17,425 nt of DNA from Hormoscilla sp. (GTDB lineage: Bacteria; Cyanobacteriota; Cyanobacteriia; Cyanobacteriales; Desertifilaceae). Made by a program: the position numbers and the translations under genes. The notes beneath the pieces are model-generated. The model worked only from the letters and a program-made list of their open reading frames with translations. It ran no database searches and was not told where the DNA came from. This document shows, piece by piece, positions 6,760-13,756 of this stretch; positions within the stretch are counted from its first letter, which is position 1, and each line of letters starts with the position of its first letter. The DNA is taken from positions 1 to 17,425 of the forward strand of contig JBFRWI010000101.1 in the NCBI GenBank assembly GCA_051439505.1, read 5' to 3'.

Positions 6760-9186
6760 ATGAAGCACAGAGGAATAGTTCTGATTTCAGCAATAGGTTT
6801 GTTGCTGCTGCCGGGGGGTAACACTTCACTTTGGTCAAAACCAGTTGATAAAAAAATACCACACCCGCTTCTGGTGGGCGGTGCCCACCCTACGGAGACT
6901 GCCCAATTGCAGGAATTGGCAGAGTCGATTACTGTCAGAGTGATGAGGGAAAATGGCGCTGGTTCGGGGACGCTGATTAGAAAAAATGGGCAGGTTTATA
7001 CTGTGCTCACTAATGCTCATGTGGTTCGCCCTGGCAAACCCCACCGCATCGAGACTCCTGATGGCATGTCCTATCCGGCCCAGGTTGTCAATGTTACTCA
7101 GAATGCCTACGATATGGCTATTTTACAGTTTACCGCTGGGGCTGACTATGAAGTGGTATCTTTAGCTAGTTCTCCTGGGAAGGTTTCGGAGCCCGTGTTT
7201 GCGGCTGGGTTCCCTTCGGAAGCCCGATCGTTGCTCTTTACCAGGGGAGAGATTTCTATGTTTCCTCCTGTGGCTTTGCGGGATGGCTATCAAATCGGCT
7301 ACACCAATGATATCCAACAGGGTATGAGTGGCGGTCCCGTGCTGAATGGTGCGGGTGAGTTGATAGGCATTAATGGTATGAATGCTTTTGTGATTTTGCA
7401 GAGTGCCTATGAATTTGTTGATGGTTCCTACCCTAGCGACGAGCTGCGCTCTGAGATGAACCGCTTGAGTTGGGGGGTGCCCATTGGCAGGTTGGCCTCT
7501 GTAGATCCTAGCTTTGCAGAAGACTTCAGTCCAGAGAGGCCATCTCTGACGGGTGTGGCGGCTGAGGTACTCGATATTGCCCGACAGATTACGGTGCGCA
7601 TTGAGAGGGAACGGGGGAATGGTTCGGGAGTGATTATTGCGCAGCAGGGAAATACTTACTATGTCCTGACTGCGGGTCACGTGATGAAGAAAAAAAGGGA
7701 ATATGAGGTGGTCGCCCATGATGGGAAGCGATACCCGGTGGACTATGAGTTGGTACGCATACTGGAAGGGGTGGACATGGCGGTGTTGCAGTTCCAGAGC
7801 AATGAAAGTTACCGCGTGGCAACTTTGTCAAATTATAGGTTGGGGACAGAAGAAAGACGCTGGGTTTTTCTGTCGGGGTGGCCGGGTTTGAAAGCTGTCC
7901 AGTCCAGAAGTGCTGACCCAAAGTTGACCGCTGGAGTGGTTTTGAGCAAGGAAAGGGGGTCTCTTAATGCGAAAAGCACGAGTTCTTTAACTGAAAAAAA
8001 TGGTTATGAGCTAGTTTACACTAATCCTGCTCAAGGAGGGATGAGTGGCGGACCCCTGTTAGATGCTCGCGGGCGGGTAATTGGCATTCATGCGGCAGCA
8101 GAGGGAGACTTTATATATGAAGAAAGGGCTAGCGTTCAACTGGGTTTTAGTTTGGGAGTGCCAGTCAGGACGCTTTTGAGTTTGACAAGGAAGGCGAAAA
8201 TAAAATCTGAGTGGTTAAAGGTAGAGTCGTCAGCACCACCGCCACTGAAGAGAGGAGAAGTAACTGCCATCCGCGAGGCTTTATTCACTGCAAAGAGACC
8301 GTCAAAGGGTGCAAAGGCAACGGATTGGATAAATTATGGGAATCAATTGTGGCGGTTATTTGAATATGAGGAGGCGGTGGCGGCGTTTGACGAAGCGATT
8401 AAACTGAAGCCAAAATTAGAGCAAGCATGGTATGGGCGGGGTTTGGCGCTGTCCTCTCAGCGAAATTATCGAGAAGCTGTGGCATCTTTTGATAAAGCTA
8501 CGGAAATAAATCCCAGATTATATGAGGCTTGGCGCGAACGAGGTGAGGCGCTTTCCTTGTTAAAACGATACCCAGAGGCACTGGCATCTTTTGATAAAGC
8601 GATTAATCTAAAACCTGAAGATTCAGTACTTTATGGTTTGCGTGGTTGGATACTACGAGGATTAGAACGCTATGCAGAAGCAGTGGAGGCTTACAGTAAA
8701 GCGATCTACATTTGGCCCCATGCCATTGCCTATAACGACCGGGGTCTGACACGCTCAGACTTGGGAGAATATTCAGAGGCGATCGCGGATTACAATAAGG
8801 CGATAGAAATTAACCCCGAATTCGCCTTACCCTACAACAACAGGGGGAATGCACGCTCAGACTTGGGAGAATATTCAGGGGCGATCGCGGATTACAATAA
8901 GGCGATAGAAATTAACCCATACTTGGCAGAAGCCTACAACAACCGGGGAGCAGCACGATCTAACTTGGGAGACTATAAAGGGGCGATTTCAGATTACAAT
9001 AAGGCGATAGAAATTAATCCCCAAAATGGCGCTACTTATGCAAATAGTGGGCTTTTATATTATAAAATAGGAGATAGACAAAGAGCGATCGCAGATATGC
9101 AGAAAGCTGCACAACTATTATGCGAACAAAGAAGTCCTAATTGCCAACTAGCACAGGAATTACTCAGACAGCTTCAGCAGCAGTAG
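6760..9186 (+). CDS. Probably exported serine protease with two trypsin-like (S1) domains and a C-terminal TPR array
   Basis: Hydrophobic N-terminus. Domain 1: LTNAHVV / YDMAIL / GMSGGPVLN. Domain 2: LTAGHVM / VDMAVL / GMSGGPLLD. About 8 TPRs (e.g. AYNNRG...DYNKAIEINP). GGAGG upstream. Confidence 0.92.
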   Translation: MKHRGIVLISAIGLLLLPGGNTSLWSKPVDKKIPHPLLVGGAHPTETAQLQELAESITVRVMRENGAGSGTLIRKNGQVYTVLTNAHVVRPGKPHRIETPDGMSYPAQVVNVTQNAYDMAILQFTAGADYEVVSLASSPGKVSEPVFAAGFPSEARSLLFTRGEISMFPPVALRDGYQIGYTNDIQQGMSGGPVLNGAGELIGINGMNAFVILQSAYEFVDGSYPSDELRSEMNRLSWGVPIGRLASVDPSFAEDFSPERPSLTGVAAEVLDIARQITVRIERERGNGSGVIIAQQGNTYYVLTAGHVMKKKREYEVVAHDGKRYPVDYELVRILEGVDMAVLQFQSNESYRVATLSNYRLGTEERRWVFLSGWPGLKAVQSRSADPKLTAGVVLSKERGSLNAKSTSSLTEKNGYELVYTNPAQGGMSGGPLLDARGRVIGIHAAAEGDFIYEERASVQLGFSLGVPVRTLLSLTRKAKIKSEWLKVESSAPPPLKRGEVTAIREALFTAKRPSKGAKATDWINYGNQLWRLFEYEEAVAAFDEAIKLKPKLEQAWYGRGLALSSQRNYREAVASFDKATEINPRLYEAWRERGEALSLLKRYPEALASFDKAINLKPEDSVLYGLRGWILRGLERYAEAVEAYSKAIYIWPHAIAYNDRGLTRSDLGEYSEAIADYNKAIEINPEFALPYNNRGNARSDLGEYSGAIADYNKAIEINPYLAEAYNNRGAARSNLGDYKGAISDYNKAIEINPQNGATYANSGLLYYKIGDRQRAIADMQKAAQLLCEQRSPNCQLAQELLRQLQQQ
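6873..6893 (-). repeat. 21-nt GTAG REP-like hairpin inside the protease CDS
   Basis: GGTGGGC-GGT-GCCCACC-CTAC, read as VGGAHPT just after the signal region. Confidence 0.75.
8728..9033 (+). repeat. Three tandem 102-bp TPR-coding repeats
   Basis: Units 8728-8829, 8830-8931 and 8932-9033; units 1 and 2 share a 67-nt stretch with one mismatch. Confidence 0.9.
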
Positions 9187-9318
9187 TTAGACAGAGATTG
9201 ACTCCTGGGACGGCAGCCGATCGCCCCAGAAGTGCGATCGGGCTGTGCAGTCGCTGGGCGATCGGGGGCAGCAAGTTGAGTCCAAGAGGGGTGCGATCGT
9301 CGATGGGGCGATCAGGTG

Positions 9319-9806
9319 GGGGCACGGCGATAATAATATTGTCATTATTAGCGAAAGATTTCGGATGCCGTGCCCCTACATAAATTTGCAAAAATGGGGG
9401 CGATCGTCCGTGGTATTAGGGTACAATATATTAAACATTTTAACAGCATCGGTAGGGGCACGGCATCGATAACATTGGGCCATAAACCCAAAGATATATA
9501 ACGCCGTGCCCCGGTTGTGCTGAGAGGCGATCGGATCTGGGGGCGATCGGATTTAGGGGCTCACGGGTGGGGCCGGGGCACGGCGATAATAATATTGTCA
9601 TTATTAGCGAAAGATTTCGGATGCCGTGCCCCTACATAAATTTGCGAAAATGGGCGCGATCGCATAGGGAGTTGGGGTACAATATATTAAACATTTTTAA
9701 CCGCATTGGTAGGGGCACGGCATCGATAACATTGGGTTCCCAACCGAAAAATATATAACGCCGTGCCCCGGTTGTGCAATGGGCGATCTGATCTGGGGGC
9801 GATCGG
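9319..9806. repeat. Tandem duplication (period about 256 bp), each unit holding two oppositely oriented 61-bp REP-like elements (BIME/REPIN-like)
   Basis: 9319..9550 resembles 9575..9806; elements at 9319-9379, 9452-9512, 9575-9635 and 9709-9769. Confidence 0.9.
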
Positions 9807-9819
9807 GTAGGTGCGTGCC

Positions 9820-9834
9820 AGAAACCGGGTTTCT
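9820..9834. repeat. AGAAACCGGGTTTCT palindrome, a common cyanobacterial dispersed repeat
   Basis: 15-nt palindrome near the vapC breakpoint; a partial copy (CGGGTTTCT) lies near 10198-10207. Confidence 0.7.
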
Positions 9835-9861
9835 TAATTGATAATTGCTTCGGTGAAGATA

Positions 9862-9927
9862 ATTGCTAAGATGCACATTACCTGAAAAGAACCAAATCAA
9901 GGCATGAGTATCGAGAATATATTTCAT
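9862..9927 (-). pseudogene. Truncated PIN/VapC-family toxin (only about 22 N-terminal codons remain)
   Basis: MKYILDTHALIWFFSG is a typical PIN N-terminus; the frame then runs into repeat DNA. Its ATG overlaps the restored antitoxin stop (ATGA). Confidence 0.85.
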
Positions 9928-10146
9928 AAATAATCATTAAAATCTTCTAACGGTTCGTCAAAATCATCGGCTATGGAAATCACATCTTTGTCCGATCAAA
10001 AAAGGTCTTTTTTGAAGAGGATGCAGTGATACTAATTTAACCATAGGTTGGTTATTCTTTGTGATAATAATTTCTGTTCCATTGTATGCCATTTCTAGTA
10101 ATTGGGACATTTGCCCTAAGGCCCGATCGATGTCTAATATTTCCAT
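9924..10146 (-). pseudogene. Frameshifted Phd/YefM-family antitoxin with a DUF2281-like acidic tail
   Basis: The N-terminal part (SQLLEMAYNGTEIIITKNNQPMVKLV) is Phd-like. After the T6 run (9998-10003 on +) another frame gives SDKDVISIADDFDEPLEDFNDYL*, ending at 9924. Confidence 0.82.
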
Positions 10147-10217
10147 GAATTCAGCTCCCTAATGCAACTAGCCCCCTGACAACCCGATCGCCCTCAGACG
10201 GGTTTCTACTCACTAAA

Positions 10218-10277
10218 GTAATCTAGCCCGCGCAGGCGGGCTTTGTTCATGTAGCCGGACCCTTTAGGGTTCGGGCG
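10218..10277 (+). repeat. 60-bp double-hairpin GTAG-type REP-like element, copy 2
   Basis: 57/60 identical to the reverse complement of 4441..4500. Confidence 0.9.
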
Positions 10278-10287
10278 GCTGCCAAAT

Positions 10288-11535
10288 TCAACGAACTTGA
10301 CTGCAAATGCCAAACACCGAAGTATAGCCATGTAGAAAGGTGTTCCCGCCCACTGGTCCGATTTCCCCATTGCAGAAAAAACCACTCAGGGGAATGTTCT
10401 GTAGATAGCGTTGAAAGATCTGAGAGTCAAAATTGGGCTGTCCGTAAAGTCCTTGTCCCCGTCCCATGCAGGCGAACATTAAGGCCCCGGCGGCGGCCCC
10501 TTTGCCAGACTGATTTTGATAGCGCTGCAACAGCAAGTCTAAATCTTCAGCAGATGCTTCGGCGTCTCGCAGGTGGAATTGGATCCGCTGACCCAGACGC
10601 ACCCGATCGCCGATCGCGATCGCGCCAGCATTGGGATCGACTCCCAGCAAATTGCGGATGAGAAAGTCACCATGTTCCAGTTGCAGCTTAAATTCATCCC
10701 GGGCAATGCCTACAAACAGGGAATGTTCGGCCAACTCCCGGTCTTTGTCGCTCAAAGTTGTCACCATCTCCCGCAACAGTTCTAGAGGGGGGCGCGACTG
10801 GCCACCACCACCCAGTGCTGATTCGGCATCGGACTCGGACAGTCCTAGCAAAATATTTCGCTCTCCCTCCGTCACCCGGAACGTTGGCCCGATCGGGCGA
10901 CATCCCTGAGCTACAATTGTTTCCATGACGATATTGCCACTCAAGGCCACTCCCACCGTACCCTCTCGGTAGAGTTGGTAATTGCAAAACAAACTGCTGC
11001 CCGACCCCGGGCGATCGCCACTAGCGAGGCCCCCCACCTTCACCGACCCAGGGTAAGCATAATCCAATCCCTGGAGTAGGTCATTGATGCCAGCATAAAA
11101 CGGATCGCCTAAGATGATAAACTGAGGACCGACAGCAGGGGAAACCCCGATCGCCTGGGCCCAAGCGTCCGGGGGACTATCCAGATCCGGCAAAGCCTCG
11201 GAAGTCACGTGAAAAGCGTTCACCTGCACGCCGGGGAGCTGAGCTAAAGTAATACTGAGGGCTGGCGAACCTTCCAGTTCTTGGGCCTTTCTGTGCTGGT
11301 TCATGCCAATCACGCCGCCGCCGCCGCAACCAATCAGCGCCGGCACCGACAACCGTTCTTGCAGCAGGGGCATCAGGCGGGAATACTCGCTGGCGAAAGC
11401 ATTGGAAATAAACACTAGGGCCAAAGAAGCCTCTCCTGGTAATTCTGCGGTCAAGTTCTCACAGACTTCCGTGACTGCTGCTTCCAAGGAAGCACGGGTT
11501 GATAAGGCATTGGCCCATTTCATTCGATCGCTCAT
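10288..11535 (-). CDS. FIST N- and C-domain signal transduction protein (NosP-like family)
   Basis: LIGCGGGGVIG, VGGLASG, VAQGCRPIG, DFLIRNLLGVD, QFHLRDA, FACMGRG, GFFCNGEIGP, LHGYT. ATG 11535 (MSDRMKWANALS) preferred over GTG 11583. Confidence 0.92.
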   Translation of the reverse strand: MSDRMKWANALSTRASLEAAVTEVCENLTAELPGEASLALVFISNAFASEYSRLMPLLQERLSVPALIGCGGGGVIGMNQHRKAQELEGSPALSITLAQLPGVQVNAFHVTSEALPDLDSPPDAWAQAIGVSPAVGPQFIILGDPFYAGINDLLQGLDYAYPGSVKVGGLASGDRPGSGSSLFCNYQLYREGTVGVALSGNIVMETIVAQGCRPIGPTFRVTEGERNILLGLSESDAESALGGGGQSRPPLELLREMVTTLSDKDRELAEHSLFVGIARDEFKLQLEHGDFLIRNLLGVDPNAGAIAIGDRVRLGQRIQFHLRDAEASAEDLDLLLQRYQNQSGKGAAAGALMFACMGRGQGLYGQPNFDSQIFQRYLQNIPLSGFFCNGEIGPVGGNTFLHGYTSVFGICSQVR

Positions 11536-11588
11536 AATTATAAATTGCCTATAGTTTCTGTCGTAGCAGTGAAATTCGCGCACTTATC

Positions 11589-11631
11589 GGCTGTCGGAGC
11601 GCCGACAGCCCTTCGACGCAGCTCAGGGACC
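11589..11631. repeat. Hairpin plus CCCTTCGAC..GCTCAGGG-type dispersed repeat
   Basis: GGCTGTCGG-AGCG-CCGACAGCC (9-bp stem) overlapping CCCTTCGACGCAGCTCAGGGACC. Confidence 0.55.
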
Positions 11632-11759
11632 ACCTCTCGATCGTATCGGTTCGTCCAGATTTTCCATCTAGGTGAGGGTCGGTTATCTCGGTTTTCTGGT
11701 TTGTATTACCATAACTGAGCCGATTTTGACAATCTATGTTAACATTTATATACATAGGC

Positions 11760-11875
11760 AGCACGAGAGCGCTGGTGCTGAGGGAGGATGGGTGAAATCT
11801 GAAAAATCAGCACCGAGCTAGTCCCCCCCAGAGTCAGGTACGTGGTGCCTGGCGCCAGAACCGGCGCTCCCTGCT
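11760..11875 (+). promoter_or_regulatory. Candidate structured RNA leader upstream of cp12
   Basis: Nested stems found by eye: 11767-76/11860-69, 11778-89/11821-31, 11791-94/11811-14, 11799-802/11807-10 and 11833-41/11845-53. TTGACA lies at 11726. Confidence 0.45.
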
Positions 11876-11904
11876 CAACTAGCAAACATGATTGAGGATA
11901 ATAA

Positions 11905-12135
11905 ATGACTACCACCCCTACCCTGGAAGAAAAAATCGAAAAAGAACGCCAGGAAGCTCGTGCTGTATGTGATACCAAAGGTGCAACATCTCCAGAATGT
12001 GCCGCCGCCTTAGATGCTCTCGAAGAAATGCAAGCAGAAGCATCCCATCAGAAGGAAGTTCCGCCGAAAAGCGGCATGGAGATATACTGCGATGAGAATC
12101 CTGATGCTGTCGAGTGCCGTATATACGAAGACTAG
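11905..12135 (+). CDS. cp12: Calvin cycle regulatory protein CP12
   Basis: N-terminal Cys pair (AVCDTKGATSPEC), core ALDALEEM (canonical AWDxVEEL), C-terminal YCDENPDAVECRIYED; GAGG RBS. Confidence 0.93.
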   Translation: MTTTPTLEEKIEKERQEARAVCDTKGATSPECAAALDALEEMQAEASHQKEVPPKSGMEIYCDENPDAVECRIYED

Positions 12136-12207
12136 GGCTTCGATCGGCGATCGCCCTCTGGGAGGATCTGCTGGCAGATCTCGCGCTGGGAGGTAAATCA
12201 GACCCAA

Positions 12208-12242
12208 AACAACCCCGCTAGCAGGGTGCTAGCGGGGTTGTT
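12208..12242. terminator. Strong hairpin after cp12 (terminator or 3' stabilising stem)
   Basis: AACAACCCCGCTAGCA-GGG-TGCTAGCGGGGTTGTT, a perfect 16-bp stem; the U-tract is weak on the + strand. Confidence 0.6.
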
Positions 12243-12304
12243 GCTGTCAGGTAGCATGGTAGGATGCTAGGCTTGTTTAGCTGTGATCGGTGGGGGAAAT
12301 GTTT

Positions 12305-12901
12305 ATGGATGAAATGTTGTTGCGAAGTCTTGTCTGGACTGACTACCGCCTGGCGGTAATATTTACAGTGTTGATACCCCTAGGGCTGCTCGTCTGGGCG
12401 GCTGTCAAGCGATCGGGGGCGGTGGTGCATTTATTAATCATCTACTGGCGAGTTGCGAGTCTGCTAGCAATTACAGTCTATCTGATGATTGCTGCTATGC
12501 CCATCAGTTTTATCTCAAGTCTGTGCGCCCGCATTTTGATTCCCATCTCCCTGTGGTTTTGGGTGGACCTGAACGAAGAAATTGAAGATTTGCCGTCATC
12601 TCGGCCTTTGAAACTATGCTTTACTGCCTGGCGCTGGGCAGTAACAATTTACACGCTTGGGGGCGCTGTGGCCCAAATTTCTAGTCTGCGTTGTGCGGTG
12701 CTGGGAAAAGCCCAACTGATCGCCGATCCATTTTGCAGCGTTTGGCTAGAAGCCCCTTGGGCCTATAAACAGATTTTCCATGGCAACTCTACGGAAGGAT
12801 TTTTAGGGGTTCTGGGGATCCTGGGCTTAATGATTTACGTTGTGTACTTCAGCTCTTTTGTGCTGTTCAAACTAGGCAAGCAAGGACGATCGGCTGTATA
12901 A
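12305..12901 (+). CDS. DUF3177 family membrane protein
   Basis: LVWTDYRLAV, IIYWRVASLLAITVYL, SLWFWVDLNEEI, AWRWA, KLGKQGRSA and several hydrophobic segments. The start could be 12290, 12299 or 12305. Confidence 0.85.
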   Translation: MDEMLLRSLVWTDYRLAVIFTVLIPLGLLVWAAVKRSGAVVHLLIIYWRVASLLAITVYLMIAAMPISFISSLCARILIPISLWFWVDLNEEIEDLPSSRPLKLCFTAWRWAVTIYTLGGAVAQISSLRCAVLGKAQLIADPFCSVWLEAPWAYKQIFHGNSTEGFLGVLGILGLMIYVVYFSSFVLFKLGKQGRSAV

Positions 12902-12935
12902 GTAGTTCGTAGTTCGTAGTTCGTAGTTCGTAGTT
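12902..12935. repeat. Heptamer short tandem repeat (GTAGTTC)n, STRR type
   Basis: Four perfect units plus GTAGTT directly after the stop codon. Confidence 0.9.
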
Positions 12936-13028
12936 ATTTTCAGATTTTCTGCTCTCCAGCTACCTTTGGCTTTCAGCTTGGATTACGATATTACATAATG
13001 TGCATTGAAAATGCACGACCGCTTAACT

Positions 13029-13328
13029 ATGAATAACTCAATTGCAAACCGTCTGGAACAGTATACCATTAAACGTCCCCAAGAAGTGCTGCTGGTGGCG
13101 GCAGAAATTAATGGAGAATCAGATCTAATTCTGATTTTCAAGGGGTTTTCTAGTTCCCTAATGCGCCCGACGGCTTTTGACCCCGATGTCCCAGTTCTGC
13201 CAGGGTCCGCGAGGATTGTTACTATCGATCGGGTCAAAAGTCCCTTAAATCTAGATGCTCCCTGTTACATTCAACAGGGACTGACTTGGGAAACTATGGA
13301 ACCTCTCTTGGCAGAGGTGGGAGTTTGA
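13029..13328 (+). CDS. Conserved cyanobacterial hypothetical protein (about 99 aa)
   Basis: RLEQYT..RPQEVL, IFKGFSSSLMRPTAFDPDVPVLP and IDR..SP form a pattern I recognise from a small cyanobacterial/plastid family. ATG 13029 preferred. Confidence 0.8.
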   Translation: MNNSIANRLEQYTIKRPQEVLLVAAEINGESDLILIFKGFSSSLMRPTAFDPDVPVLPGSARIVTIDRVKSPLNLDAPCYIQQGLTWETMEPLLAEVGV

Positions 13329-13535
13329 TTTATGTATAGAAAATGCCATCACCCGTTTCCCGGAGGTTCTCACATTGTGGTGGGGCTATACTTCGCTACG
13401 CGGGTTTGATTGGCATTCTTAATTATAAGAGAACAACTGTGCTTGATGATGCAGGCGATCGCCCGCGTCTGTGCGGATAGTATACCTGTCATGTCAAGTG
13501 ATCCTTTGAGGATAATGAGTTAACCCTGGGAAGTT

Positions 13536-13748
13536 ATGTTGGCGATCGAGTTTCAGGCAACTATCAAAAATGGCTTCATCAAAATACCTGATGAATATCA
13601 GCAGCAATTTGAACGGCAAAAATCTGTAAAAGTTATTCTGATGAAGGAGGAAACTCTCCCGACACAAGATTTAATTGGTCAATTGCTAAGTACACCTCTA
13701 GAGATTGAGAATTTTTTTCCTTTGAAACGAGAGGATATTTATGATTGA
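13536..13748 (+). CDS. Small hypothetical protein, putative antitoxin of the type that precedes PIN toxins
   Basis: IEFQATIKNGFIKIP (AbrB-like beta start) and a PLKREDIYD tail; no toxin follows. Confidence 0.65.
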   Translation: MLAIEFQATIKNGFIKIPDEYQQQFERQKSVKVILMKEETLPTQDLIGQLLSTPLEIENFFPLKREDIYD

Positions 13749-13756
13749 GACTCCGC

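Noticed and set aside
8728..9033. Possible diversity-generating retroelement TR/VR pair
   Set aside because: The repeats are in-frame 34-codon TPR units, differences are not confined to adenines, and there is no reverse transcriptase in the window.
9141..9758. Several 63-80 aa ORFs
   Set aside because: Translations of the duplicated repeat unit.
9319..9769. CRISPR-like appearance (constant flanks with 38-nt variable cores)
   Set aside because: The flanks are inverted arms in alternating orientation, cores are duplicated, spacing is irregular and no cas genes are present.
9697..9861. C-terminal part of the 76-aa PIN ORF
   Set aside because: Read-through into repeat DNA with none of the remaining PIN acidic residues.
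11726..11755. Canonical -35/-10 promoter for cp12
   Set aside because: TTGACA is perfect but no TANNNT lies at 16-18 nt spacing, so it was not called as a separate feature.
11760..11875. FMN/cobalamin riboswitch or tRNA
   Set aside because: Only a GGGTGAAAT fragment resembles them; the other conserved motifs and a T-loop are absent.
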